Of a stretch of DNA of 64,000 nucleotides, positions 43,246 through 55,510 are shown one piece after another. The notes below the pieces were generated by a model. That model made no database searches. It had not been told where the DNA came from and saw only the letters and a list, made by a program, of their open reading frames with translations. The stretch lies in the NCBI RefSeq assembly GCF_009914755.1, contig NC_060944.1; one strand, given 5' to 3'. This DNA comes from the human T2T-CHM13v2.0 reference genome, Homo sapiens. How positions within the stretch are numbered: position 1 is the first letter of the stretch; each line of letters begins with the position of its first letter. The position numbers and the translations under genes are program-made.

Positions 43246-43295
43246 AGCGTATGCACTTTATAAAGGGAAAACCCTCTCTGAAGAGAAATATTTCA

Positions 43296-43605
<310 letters not shown>

Positions 43606-46600
43606 TCATGTTCAGAAATTTGGGGTACTTTTGGTTATGGTTTTCTTGGCCATATCTTCATCATTTGGTGGGTTTAGTTTTCAATATGTCCTCCTGTCCC
43701 TTTCTGATTAAATCACTTCTGTATCTCTTACCTCATTGGCATCTCACTGTAGTCCAATGAAGGAGGTGCCAGGAGTGGTGATTCTATTTTGCAGATGAAG
43801 AAAATGAGGCTCAGAGAGATGGGTCCAGGCCTCCTGCCCACCTTGCCAGTGCTTTTGTTCATAATACCTCTCTACACCCTTTTTGCCTGCTGAGCGGTTA
43901 ACAGGCTTATAAATTTGGGGGACCTCTGTCTGTTGGGCTATTTGGAAGTGGCTTTTTTGAGCACAGGGGATACTAGGACACAGGTTCCAACAAGAAACTT
44001 AGGTCTAATTTAGGGTCTTGGATTTGATGATTGGGCTCCCTCTCCCCCTTCTAGGGCCTGCCATGTGTCTGCCCCCTAGGGCAGGATTGGCTGGCTCTCA
44101 CTGGCTGTGCTCTGAGGAGCCCTGCCTTTGCTCTTCTCTTTCTCTTCCCTAGGGTTCCTGCTGTCCTTGAACTCTGCCGGGGCAACAGGAATACTGCCCT
44201 TATGCACATCCTCGTGGTGGCCAGACAGGGTGGTTATCCCACTTTACTGGACAGGAAGAGAGCTAGTGGCAGGCCTGTGACTTGGCCTGATGTCTCGGGG
44301 GAGTCGGGGTGGGAGCAAGAGTCAAAGACAGGAAGCAGCCCTACCTTCAGAAGAGCCAGGCACACAGATGGGTCCTTTGTGGTTATTGTCTTCTCCCTTT
44401 CCCAGGTTCCAGACTGGCTGCCCGCCATATAGCTTGTCCCTTCGACAGCACCCTCTCTCCCCACTCAGTGGATTGGGTGCTGTCCCAGGGTGGGGGCTTA
44501 CTCTCCTGCAGAGGCAGGTTCTCAGCTGGCCCTGAGGGTTGTATAGCTTCACAGCTCCCAGAGTGCTTGGGCATAGGGTGGCTCAGATGAGGAAACAGGC
44601 TCCTCTTTTAAAGGGAAAGCAACTGCCATTACTGGCATGTCCAAAAGGGGGATGCTGTCCAGGACTGCATGGCCCAGAAGCTCCGCTCTGAGTAACTGCT
44701 GGTCTCTAATCTCTGTGGTCTCAGGCCAGGAGTCTGTCCCTGGGCTGAGAAGGGAGGGGAGAAGAGGGAAGAGATGGAAAAGGAACATTGCTCTTCCCAG
44801 TCTCCCTGGCCTCGTCATATAACCTTTTATTTTACAAATTCAGTCTTGTGGCATTTTGCTTTAATGCTTAGAGCTGGCCCCAGGTGCCAGGCAGCAGGCA
44901 CATTTCCTTCTGCCCAAAAAACAAAACACACATGAATCTGAGGTTGGGCGTGGTAAGGGCAGGCCAAGGCTGACCGTCCTATGTGGATATCTGTGAGGTA
45001 GTGTGCCTACATGTAAGGGTCTGTTGTGGGTCTACTCCCACGAAAGCCTTCATCTTACGATGAACCAGAGAGGACTGCAGACTTGCCAAGGCCTAGCTAT
45101 ATGCTTGGAGCCAGGATTTGAAACTTGATCTTTGGGGATGCACGTGCCTCAGACTATTGGTGAGTGTGCTGGTGGGGCACTGCAGGCTCAGGAAGCAGCG
45201 TGTCTGCATATGCTTATCTGTACACAAGTCTGTAAGAGTCCCCCTTCTCCCCATACAATGCCCCCATCCCTGCCAGGCTTCTTTTTGAGCTGGCGAAATA
45301 GCTGCTTGTATTCTTCTCTTCATGGATCATCTTTATTTCACCCAAGTTTGGGTTTGCACCTAGTGGAGCCTTGGCAAGTGGCCTTATTTGTCTCCACTAC
45401 TGCCAGCTTTTGTAGGCTCCATGTCAATGGCACTAGGCACACAGGTAGACAGGTGGGCTGTCTCCAGACTTCTCTATTACCAGCACTTCCCAGCATGGCC
45501 CTCACAGCAACCATGTGAGGTAAGAGGAATTTCCAGTTTCCTGATGGGGAAACTGAGACCAAAAGAGTGAGGGACTGCCAAGGCCTCATAGCTAGAATTT
45601 AAGAGCTGTGTGGTTCTCCTCACTAAGCTGGGAAGGGGATGGTCAGGGAAAGCTTCTTGAAAGAGCAGGAGAAGGCAGATCTCCATCAGGGCAGGGAGCA
45701 GAGCAAGGCCCCAGGATTCTGCCTGGGGCACCAGGAAGCCTGGCTTATGAGAAGGTTCTCAGTCCTCAGAGCTGACATGTGATATACAGTCCAGGCACAG
45801 GTGTGTGTGGTCCCTCATTACTTCAGAGCCCCTTAAGAAAGACTGAATCTATTTCTTCATCAGAGTTTGTGAGCGATTCAATATAAGGGACTAAATCCCC
45901 CTCACTGCCCCAAGCAGCTTATCTTGTCACTGTCTACCATAGCCACATTTGGAATGGTAATGCCCAGGCCATTCCTGAAGCCCAGGCAGCATTCACTGTG
46001 GGCTTGGGGACATGGTGCCATTCCTGAAGCCTGGGCAGCCATCACCATGGGCCTGGGGACGTGGTGCTGGGCAGAATGAATATGCTGCAGCCCTGATGGG
46101 CTGTGCTGGCTGGGCTTTGCCTTCTTGGGTCAAGGCGAGCCTGGGCATTAGGCCTTTGTCATTATGCTATACATCAGGCTTCTGGGCTGCTACTTGTGGG
46201 ATCCTGCCCTTGTTCTCAAAGAGTTCCTCCTTCTCACTGCCCCATCTTCTTCATAGTGACGGCCTCTTCGTACCCCTGGCTTTTCTTTTCCCCAGAGTTC
46301 CCCTGAATGTTGTCCTCTCATGGTTCTGAGTTGGGGAGGAGTGCTAGGTCATGGATTTTTGGGTATAACGTGTGACTTTCCTACTCCCCTAAGTAGTTCT
46401 CCCCTTCTCAAGCTCCTAAGTTCTGGGAAGGTCTCTTTTCCTGCCCTCCTGACTAATGGCAGAGAGGTCTGACCCAGACTGTGCCAGACTGGATCATTCG
46501 CTCTGTCACCTGCCACCAGGGCAGAGGCCATTCCTCTCTGGGGAGTCTCCTTGTGAATTTCTGGGGACCAGCTCTGGCTCTCTCAAGAAAGAGGATGCTG

Positions 46601-46881
46601 CCATATTTGTTCTGGGAGGCAGGAAGATGAAGGGTGAGGTTGGGAGGTAGCACAGGATGTGGCTTTCAAGAACCTAGTAGAGCATCTCACTGTGCTGCCA
46701 GGGCCAGGCTGGTGCCTTCTTACGGAAGACAGTACAAGGGATCAGGTGTGGCCAACAGGAACTTGGGAGCATTGGATGCCTGGCGTGGAGCTGCGCTATG
46801 CTTACCTGGTTCCTATCTCAGGCACCTGTTCTGCCTTCAACTGATCTCAATGGAAATATGTGCAGGAGTGCAGGCCTGTTG

Positions 46882-46885
<4 letters not shown>

Positions 46886-46924
<39 letters not shown>
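46886..46924. repeat. (TG)19 microsatellite in PLCG1 intron 1
   Basis: Direct read. Confidence 0.97.
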
Positions 46925-46926
<2 letters not shown>

Positions 46927-49288
46927 AGTCACACTCACCTTTGCAAGAAGGTGTGGGAGGGGGATGACAGCAGCTCCACACCGGAAGAGCAGACTGGTTT
47001 CTGTTTCAAAAGGCAGAGTTTGTGGTTGTTCTGCAGTTTCTGATCTAGCCATTTCCCCTGATGGAAGCTCCTCCTTCTGTCATTGGAAGCCCTGTGTTCT
47101 CGGTTAGGTCTTTTATGGCCCAGTTCTCCCTGCCCCTGTTTCTACCCGAGTATAACTGTTCATTTTTGTTCCCCATCCCTATTTGGTTTTCCCTCCTTCT
47201 GCCTGTGTACCTGCCTTTTTCATTTCTTCAGTCATTAAGCAAGCCCTGGAGGGGCCCTGCCTGGCCTTAGGTATGTGAGCATGTATGTACGTGTTTGTAT
47301 GCACGAGGCATCAAGTGTATTAGTACCACAGGAAGGAGCTTCTCAGTTGGGCCCTTGGTGGAAGAGAAGGGAGCCGGGGAGGTGGACATTTCCAGACTAG
47401 GAATCAAGATGAAATAGGGATGGGAAGCAACAGCTATTCTTGCCCTAGGTGTGGCTTAGTGTGGATGGAGCAGAGAGGGTGAGAGGGCAAAAGCTGGGGA
47501 GGTAAATTCCTGAGCCCTGTCACAAAGAGCCTTCAAGGCCATAGAAGGTGTTTGTTGTTTGTTCTCCTTAGACTGGCAGTGGGCAGCCTCGGGAGGGGCT
47601 TGAATGAGGTCTAGGGGGGTCAGAATAATGTTTTATGAAGAGCCAGAAGACTGGGGAAGGATGGCTGATGGGTGAGAACCAGGGGTCAGGGAAAACAGCA
47701 GAAAAGGCAGGACTCTCAGCTGGAGGACAGGCTGGAGGGGTTTGCTGAGGGGACAGGTGGTTCCAGGTAGAACCAGAAATGTGTCGGGGAGCTAGGGTTA
47801 GGGCCAGAAGCAATGCCCACTGTTCCAGGTGGGATAGATGTGGAGTTTTGTGACAGTTGCTAGAGGGACAGGACAGGAAGAGAGCATCTGGGGGAGTTGG
47901 GCCGTTAGGACATTCCAGGCAGGTTGGTGTGCAGTTCGGGCTGGAAGGGCTCCTGGGGTGGGGGCTGGCCAGGCAAATGCTGGCACTGCATCTGGCTCCG
48001 AAGTTACCAGGCCAGTCTGGGTTTAGAGGATTTTAAGAGGCTTCAGAGCTTGGGGAGTACTCAAAGAAAGTCATAGCTGTTGGCTAAGCCAAGCTTTTTT
48101 CCTTTGACCTAATCTACCTTAAATCGGTGATTTCTGGGCTGGAATGTCTGCCCTCCAGCCAGCAGGCAGCCCCTCCCTGTGCTGGAGAGTGTGTCAGAGC
48201 CTGTGCACCTTTGCTGAGGGAGCAGAGGAGTCCATTGGATGGGCCCCCTCCATGTCCCACATATAGTGCTGGGTGTTTCTAGCTGTTACGACTTTTGATC
48301 TTACCAACATCTTTCTGATGCTATTGTGTTACTCTTATGTTACTCTCTTCACAGGTGTAGCAGTGAGGTCAGAGTGGCTGTCACTTTATTGAGATCACAT
48401 AGCTAATGTGAGGTAGAGCTAGGATTTTAGTTCAGCCAGTCTCACCCAGAGCTCGTGCATGTTTTTTCTACCACCCTGCCTTCTAGAGAAACTCAGTCAA
48501 GCCCTTTGCTTTACACATGGTAAAACTGAGACTCTGAGAAGTTAAATAAATTATTCATCATTGCCTCAAGTTTTAGTGGCTGAGGGCAGGTCATCTGCTA
48601 TTCAAGCCCGTGTACCTCTCTGACTATGCCTTGTGAAGGCCACGGGAGCATGCAAGGGCCTTGGATAGCTAAGATAAGGAAATGGTCCCAGGCAAAATGG
48701 TGGTCTGGGTCCAGGATGGTTGCTGCTCTTGGACAGCCAGTGCCTTGGTCAGGGGATGGGGTGGGGATTAGGCCCCTTGCTGAGACTTGTGTGGGGATGG
48801 CTTTAGCAGTTAGGCATTTCAGGGATGCACCAGTCCTCTGGGCCAGAGCCTACTTTCTCCCAGGGATCCTGAGGCCCATCTTGACCTACCCAGCCCTGCC
48901 TCTGGGACTTTATGATTTGATTTGTGTGTACCTTGTGTCAGGAAGTGGTCCTCATGAACAGCCTTGGGTCCCTATTTCTCCTTCTGGAGTCTAGCTCTTT
49001 TGCAGGTCAAAATGTCTCAGTGAGGGAACAAAGATAGGGAAGGGACACCCCACAGAACCACCTTTCCCCCATATAGCCCTCTCTGACATCTCAGCCCTTA
49101 CTTAGCAAAGGCCTATCCCTAGACTCAACCCAGCCCTCTTATTACCAGAGTGACTGAGTGGTCTTGGCTCTGCCTCTGGGGTTCCTCCCTGAGAGAGAGT
49201 GTAAGAATGAGGAAACCAGGCTGCCCTCCTTTCGGTGTTGACTCTGGGAGACCCCAGCTTGATCTTGGCCTCTTTGCTACCTTCCTAG

Positions 49289-49441
49289 TTGACATTCGTG
49301 AAATTAAGGAGATCCGCCCAGGGAAGACCTCACGGGACTTTGATCGCTATCAAGAGGACCCAGCTTTCCGGCCGGACCAGTCACATTGCTTTGTCATTCT
49401 CTATGGAATGGAATTTCGCCTGAAAACGCTGAGCCTGCAAG
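49289..49441 (+). CDS. PLCG1: PLCG1 exon 2 ([11 protein letters not shown]...LKTLSLQ; PH domain)
   Basis: cctag|TT ... G|gtggg. Confidence 0.96.
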
Positions 49442-49552
49442 GTGGGAGTTAAGGGGGTAGAGGAGGTAGAGGATAGTTAGGGGAATGCCTGCTGGCTCCT
49501 GCCCAGTGGGAGGTATGTGCCCTCGGGGCAGCTATTGATACCTTGCTCACAG

Positions 49553-49646
49553 CCACATCTGAGGATGAAGTGAACATGTGGATCAAGGGCTTAACTTGGC
49601 TGATGGAGGATACATTGCAGGCACCCACACCCCTGCAGATTGAGAG
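49553..49646 (+). CDS. PLCG1: PLCG1 exon 3 (TSEDEVNMWIKGL...LQIER)
   Basis: cacag|CC ... AG|gtaag. Confidence 0.95.
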
Positions 49647-49788
49647 GTAAGAACCACTCCTGAAGGGGTTAGGGCTGGGAGCATTAGGGACCAGGGGGAC
49701 AGGGACAGCAGACCTTTGTGTGCCCAGACATCTCCCAGGCCTGACTGTAGATGGAGAAGTGGCCCTCACCTCAGGCTTCTCTCTCCAG

Positions 49789-49836
49789 GTGGCTCCGGAA
49801 GCAGTTTTACTCAGTGGATCGGAATCGTGAGGATCG
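49789..49836 (+). CDS. PLCG1: PLCG1 exon 4 (WLRKQFYSVDRNREDR)
   Basis: ccag|G ... CG|gtaag. Confidence 0.95.
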
Positions 49837-50099
49837 GTAAGTACTGAGCTGTGGCTGTAGCCCAGCAGGGTGGGGATGGGCATCCAGAACCTTAGCCGGG
49901 CCTCTAAGTAGCTGCCCGGAGAGCCAGAGGACCCAGGGGACCTTAAGTGGGGCCAGGAGGGTGGGCAGAAGGTTCTGCCACGTGTAGCTTTCTGCACAAA
50001 GTCCTCTGGTGGCCTTGGTGTGAGCTGGTGAGAGGAGCCAGCCACATGCTGTGTGCCCTGCCACTATGGGCAGAGACTGGATGTGTAGAACTGGCTTTG

Positions 50100-51200
50100 G
50101 GTGTCCTGGAGGTGAGGGTGGCCAGTAGCGTGTGAAGGGTGCCCTGAAACTCTGGCTCTGAGACCTGGTATGGCAGCCAGAGGGGCCAAGGAGAGAAGGG
50201 GGAGCAAAGACCAGATAGTGTGGGTGCTGCACCATGGTGAGGTCCTTTGACCTGAAAGAAATGGGAAGCCATGGAAGGGTTCTGAGGAGAGGAGTGATGT
50301 GACCTGACTTGGGTTACTCAAGATCACTCTGCCTGCTGTGTGGAGAGCTCAGTTAGGAGCTGTTTCCACACTCCAGGTGAAAAATGAGAGGGCTTGGATC
50401 ATGATGGTAATGGTAGGAAGTGGCTGGATTTTGGCCATGTTGTATTTTGAAGATAGCGCCAGAAAGAATGTCCTTAACAGATTGATTTTGGGGTGTGAGA
50501 GGCTTTGAGGATAATAGTATGCTGTTTGGCTTGAGCAACTGGAAAACAGAGTCACCATTGACTGAGATGAGAAGATCATGGGACTAGCCCATTTGGAGGG
50601 AAGCTTGGGTTCAGTTCGAGGCATGTTAAGTTTTCTGATGCCTATTAGCTGTCCAGGGAGAGATGTTGAGTAGGCAGGTGGTTAGAGTGAGTTTAGGTAC
50701 ATACACAGTAGGGGCTACAGATTTTAACTTGGGAGTATGTAGATAACACTGAAAGCCACAGGGCTGGGTGAGATCACCTAGGGGGCAAGCAGACCAAGAA
50801 AAGGGCAGGGTCCAGTGGCTGATCCCAGACCACCCCCATATTAGAGATTGGAGGGGTCAGGGACAACTAGTGCGGTAAGAGGAGAACCCCCAGAGTGTTG
50901 AGTTCTGGCAGCCCAAGGAAGAAGACAGTGGTGAAATCTGACCGTTGACCCTTGGATTTAACATGGTGAGAAGAGCGGTGTCACCCTAGCGGTGAGGGGC
51001 TCAAGGGAATGAGAGGGAGCAAGATGACTCTTGCAAGGAGTTTTGCTATGGAGGGGAGCAAAGAAGAGGGCAGTAGCTGGAGAGCTAAGCAGGGGCAAGA
51101 CAGGTGTTTTTGGTGGAAGAAGTAACAAGCTGTTCGTATGCTGATGGGAAAGAGACCACAGAGGGCAAGATCGGTGATGCAGGCAGTTGCAACCAGAAGG
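50100..51200 (-). mobile_element. L2 LINE relic in PLCG1 intron 4
   Basis: gggaagccatggaagggttctgaggagaggagtgatgtgacctgact...ttggcttgagcaactgga...ccattgactgagatg. Confidence 0.7.
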
Positions 51201-52135
51201 CCTCTGTTTCCTCACTGGAAAACAAGGACCCTGATAGCACCTACCTCCTGGGTGACTGAGGATCAGAGGAGGGGGCGCCTATATAGAGCCAGCCCTCCCT
51301 CCGCAGTGCTTGATCCACTCAGTGTGGCGCTCAGCCCCCTCGGGGAATTTTGGTGCCTCCTCCCAGGCTCTTGGGGCCCAGAGGAGGTGGTCCCACCCTC
51401 CCCTCCCCTCCTTGACACCACCTTCCAGGAGAGAAAGCCCCCCCCTTCCCCCTTCTTGTCCATCCTGTTGCCAGGTCCAGCAGTGTCCCCAGCCTCACAT
51501 CCTGGGCAGGACACCCCTGGAGAGCAGGGGCGCTTGTTCTCTCAGTTTCTTTCCTGGAGCCAGGCCCTGTCTAGCCCCAGGAGGTGCCCAGTTGCCAGTC
51601 ATTGTATTTGGTGGAGCATGCACCTCCTCCTTCCTCCCTCTCATGGGTTAGTGGGTTCTGAGGACCAAACTCCCAGCATCCCAGTGGGCAGCAGGTAGGG
51701 ACCTGCTGCCATGCTGCCCCCAACAGGGAAGTTGTGAGTGAGCCCTGCCTTCTGTCTTGGATAGGCTGACTGCCACCTTGGCACAGGCCTCAGCAGTGCC
51801 GGTAGGAGGGGAGGCCTGGAGTGTGGTTTTTCTTCCTCCCATGCCTGACCCACTTTACTGAATCTGTTCACATCTTCCTTGCCAGAATTACAGGTTTTTT
51901 TTGTTTGTTTTGTTTTTGTTTTTTTTTTTTTTTTTTTTTGCTCAGATGAGGAACTGAGGTCCAAAGAAAGGAAGGGACTAACCTCACCCCATGGGTTCTG
52001 ATCCAGTCTTGCCCTCAGGCCTCCAGGTTCCCAGAATAGTGTTGTTTACCTGTCCAGCCCCAGGTGGGCTCGACCCACAGGTCAGAGGTCATGAGAAGCT
52101 GGATGAGACCACTGGGGATGTCCCTGTTTTCTCAG

Positions 52136-52220
52136 TATATCAGCCAAGGACCTGAAGAACATGCTGTCCCAGGTCAACTACCGGGTCCCCAACATGCGCT
52201 TCCTCCGAGAGCGGCTGACG
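52136..52220 (+). CDS. PLCG1: PLCG1 exon 5 (ISAKDLKNMLSQ...RERLT)
   Basis: ctcag|T ... ACG|gtaag. Confidence 0.95.
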
Positions 52221-52325
52221 GTAAGTGCCACCCAGGGCTGTCTGTAGATGGGGGCAGGGGAAGCCAAGAGCCCTTCAGCTGGGGGCCTGACTACCTGACT
52301 GGCACTCCTGCTCTATACCATGCAG

Positions 52326-52409
52326 GACCTGGAGCAGCGCAGCGGGGACATCACCTACGGGCAGTTTGCTCAGCTGTACCGCAGCCTCATGTACAGCGCC
52401 CAGAAGACG
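52326..52409 (+). CDS. PLCG1: PLCG1 exon 6 (DLEQRSGD...SAQKT)
   Basis: tgcag|GAC ... ACG|gtgca. Confidence 0.94.
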
Positions 52410-52641
52410 GTGCATGAGCCACCTGCCCTCCCTCAACCCCTGCCCCTGCTCTTCCACCCCACACCCCAGCTCTGCCTGCCTCAGCCCTGCTGCCCTGCTT
52501 AGGGGCTTTTGGGTGCCATTTCTCCAGTTCTTCTCCTCTTGAGGCCTGCCCCCATCTGCTGCTCTAGCCTGCCTTCTTACTAGCCCATTTCCCACATGGC
52601 CTCCCAGGGGTCTTGCCCTGACCAGGTTCTGTTTCCTGCAG

Positions 52642-52676
52642 ATGGACCTCCCCTTCTTGGAAGCCAGTACTCTGAG
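52642..52676 (+). CDS. PLCG1: PLCG1 exon 7 (MDLPFLEASTLR), 35 nt
   Basis: tgcag|ATG ... AG|gtttgg. Confidence 0.92.
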
Positions 52677-52886
52677 GTTTGGTTTGGAGTGGGGAGGTGG
52701 GGTTTTCCCTGGGCCCCCTTCATCTCTCCACTGGGCGATTCTTGATCCAGGTGGGAGGCAGTGGGAGTAGGGAACCATGCTGGATCATTCTGGGAAGCTG
52801 TGCTGGCTGGGAGTTGGGTTCTGCCTTCCGTGGGGCACCTTGTTGTCTGTTGACCATACTAGCTAGCTTACCTTCTCTCCCTGCAG

Positions 52887-52959
52887 GGCTGGGGAGCGGC
52901 CGGAGCTTTGCCGAGTGTCCCTTCCTGAGTTCCAGCAGTTCCTTCTTGACTACCAGGGG
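52887..52959 (+). CDS. PLCG1: PLCG1 exon 8 (AGERPELCR...DYQG)
   Basis: ctgcag|G ... GGG|gtatg. Confidence 0.94.
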
Positions 52960-53061
52960 GTATGGCTGGGCTGACATTGGCCCAGGCTGGTAGGTTGTGG
53001 GGGGCTGGGCTCATCCCTGACTGGAGGCTTCTCTCATCCCCTGCCCTCCCTACCCCATCAG

Positions 53062-53163
53062 GAGCTGTGGGCTGTTGATCGCCTCCAGGTGCAGGAGTTC
53101 ATGCTCAGCTTCCTCCGAGACCCCTTACGAGAGATCGAGGAGCCATACTTCTTCCTGGATGAG
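53062..53163 (+). CDS. PLCG1: PLCG1 exon 9 (ELWAVDRLQ...YFFLDE)
   Basis: atcag|GAG ... GAG|gtgag. Confidence 0.95.
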
Positions 53164-53398
53164 GTGAGCCCGATGTTTCACCCATTTTTTGTCAAGAGAA
53201 TGAGTAGGGGTGACCAGGACCCCACCCGGGCTCCAGGAGCTAGACGCTCCTTAGGGATGCCACCTTGTTTCTACCTACTGTGCACCTTGCCCACCCCCAG
53301 TTGGGACAGAGCACTCTCTCTCCTACCCCCAACCTACCATCTTGGGTTGGACAGGGCAGGGACTCACTGTCTCTTCCCTTCCACATGTTTCTGGACAG

Positions 53399-53517
53399 TT
53401 TGTCACCTTCCTGTTCTCCAAAGAGAACAGTGTGTGGAACTCGCAGCTGGATGCAGTATGCCCGGACACCATGAACAACCCTCTTTCCCACTACTGGATC
53501 TCCTCCTCGCACAACAC
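53399..53517 (+). CDS. PLCG1: PLCG1 exon 10 ([10 protein letters not shown]...YWISSSHNT; catalytic H335)
   Basis: gacag|TTT ... AC|gtgag. Confidence 0.96.
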
Positions 53518-53604
53518 GTGAGTGTGGCTCCTTCAGGCCCACCCAGCTTCTTCCCCAGGAGGGCCCATCTGACCATACCTACCTGCCTCTCCTTGCCTAT
53601 CCAG

Positions 53605-53690
53605 GTACCTGACCGGGGACCAGTTCTCCAGTGAGTCCTCCTTGGAAGCCTATGCTCGCTGCCTGCGGATGGGCTGTCGCTGCATTGAGT
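53605..53690 (+). CDS. PLCG1: PLCG1 exon 11 ([11 protein letters not shown]...GCRCIE; X box)
   Basis: ccag|G ... T|gtgcgt. Confidence 0.95.
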
Positions 53691-53764
53691 GTGCGTGGGG
53701 TCCAGGGCTGGGGGAGGGAAGATGGGAGGCCTGCCCGCTTGACCATGGTGATGTTGCTCCCCAG

Positions 53765-53885
53765 TGGACTGCTGGGACGGCCCGGATGGGATGCCAGTTA
53801 TTTACCATGGGCACACCCTTACCACCAAGATCAAGTTCTCAGATGTCCTGCACACCATCAAGGAGCATGCCTTTGTGGCCTCAGA
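53765..53885 (+). CDS. PLCG1: PLCG1 exon 12 (DCWDGPDG...IYHGHTLT; catalytic H380)
   Basis: ccag|TG ... GA|gtgag. Confidence 0.96.
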
Positions 53886-54616
53886 GTGAGTCGGAGGCTG
53901 GATGACCCAGGGGTTAACTTGGCTCCAGGTCTCTCGTTCTAGAGGGACAGAGGGCAGAAAGACTCCTCAAATGCCCTGTCCCCTCTCCCTCAGCCTTTCA
54001 TCTTTGTCCTTCCTCTTGGCCTCTCCTCGTCACCTGCTCCCTGCTTGAGCTGTTGCTTCCCAAGTTACACTTTCTGTTTCCTACGTGTTGGGCCCACTCT
54101 CTTCTTCATGGGTCCTTTAGACTGTAGAACACATGCTCTTCTCATCTTCAGAAAACATGCCCTGGTTTCTTTAGGCCAGTGTCCTGCCAACTCCTTTGCC
54201 CTCACAGCCCAGAAGATTGTCTCTGTTCCCTATGTCCCATTCCTTCAATTCTGTTTACTGCTTAAACTGTGGTCACTGGTCTCCCTTAGCTCACCAGGGC
54301 TCTAACAGCTAACTTTGGAGGCTTCTCCTCTCTCCTGGCCTCTTTGGTGTGAAACATTTTTCTTGCACTGCTGAGCAGCCTCCATAATTGGGCCAGCTCG
54401 GGACTGCATCAGTTGCCACCCTTTGGTTTCCACTGCTGCCACAGCTGTAGAACCCCTCTCTGCCCCACCAGTGGCTATGGCCTGCCTCTTTTCTGGGATA
54501 GTTTTTACAGACAAGAAGCCCCCAGGCCCTTGGCTTCCAACAGCTCACTGTGAGGGGCTACTTAGACCCAGAGAATTGCAGAATCTGTTTCACTGTGCTT
54601 GTCCCCCATCCCGCAG

Positions 54617-54785
54617 GTACCCAGTCATCCTGTCCATTGAGGACCACTGCAGCATTGCCCAGCAGAGAAACATGGCCCAATACTTCAAGAAGGTGCTGGG
54701 GGACACACTCCTCACCAAGCCCGTGGAGATCTCTGCCGACGGGCTCCCCTCACCCAACCAGCTTAAGAGGAAGATCCTCATCAAG
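54617..54785 (+). CDS. PLCG1: PLCG1 exon 13 ([11 protein letters not shown]...KRKILIK)
   Basis: cgcag|G ... AAG|gtggg. Confidence 0.96.
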
Positions 54786-54928
54786 GTGGGGTGGCGGGCT
54801 TATTGCGGAAGCCCCACACTTCTCAGTGCCTTGCCCAGGCCATGGCTTCAGCTGTTGGGCCTAAACCTGGGTGAGGAGGTGGGGTGAGGACTGGGGTCTG
54901 CATTGCCCTGTTCTGGTTGCCCCTACAG

Positions 54929-55051
54929 CACAAGAAGCTGGCTGAGGGCAGTGCCTACGAGGAGGTGCCTACATCCATGATGTACTCTGAGAACGACATC
55001 AGCAACTCTATCAAGAATGGCATCCTCTACCTGGAGGACCCTGTGAACCAC
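54929..55051 (+). CDS. PLCG1: PLCG1 exon 14 (HKKLAEGS...EDPVNH)
   Basis: tacag|CAC ... CAC|gtgag. Confidence 0.95.
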
Positions 55052-55133
55052 GTGAGGACTGGGCCAGGCTGGGGGTGGTAGGCCAGTGGGTGTGAGGACC
55101 CTGGCTCACAAGTCCCTCTTTGGTCTGTTCCAG

Positions 55134-55235
55134 GAATGGTATCCCCACTACTTTGTTCTGACCAGCAGCAAGATCTACTACTCTGAGGAGACCAGCAGTG
55201 ACCAGGGCAACGAGGATGAGGAGGAGCCCAAGGAG
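55134..55235 (+). CDS. PLCG1: PLCG1 exon 15 (EWYPHYF...EEEPKE)
   Basis: ccag|GAA ... GAG|gtgag. Confidence 0.95.
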
Positions 55236-55322
55236 GTGAGGAACCAGCTCAGGTCTGGGGGCTGGGCCAGGTCAGGCCTGGGCCAGGGTCACAGTATCTT
55301 TGCTGTTGCCTTCCCCTGACAG

Positions 55323-55510
55323 GTCAGCAGCAGCACAGAGCTGCACTCCAATGAGAAGTGGTTCCATGGGAAGCTAGGGGCAGGGCGTGACGGGCGTCAC
55401 ATCGCTGAGCGCCTGCTTACTGAGTACTGCATCGAGACCGGAGCCCCTGACGGCTCCTTCCTCGTGCGAGAGAGTGAGACCTTCGTGGGCGACTACACGC
55501 TCTCTTTCTG
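55323..55510 (+). CDS. PLCG1: PLCG1 exon 16 (nSH2: WFHGKL...FLVRESETF)
   Basis: gacag|GTC ... TG|gtaac; FLVRES motif. Confidence 0.96.

Noticed and set aside
49449-50272. Antisense ORFs over PLCG1 exons (also 52275, 55992, 63096)
   Set aside because: Shadow frames of GC-rich coding sequence with no recognisable domains
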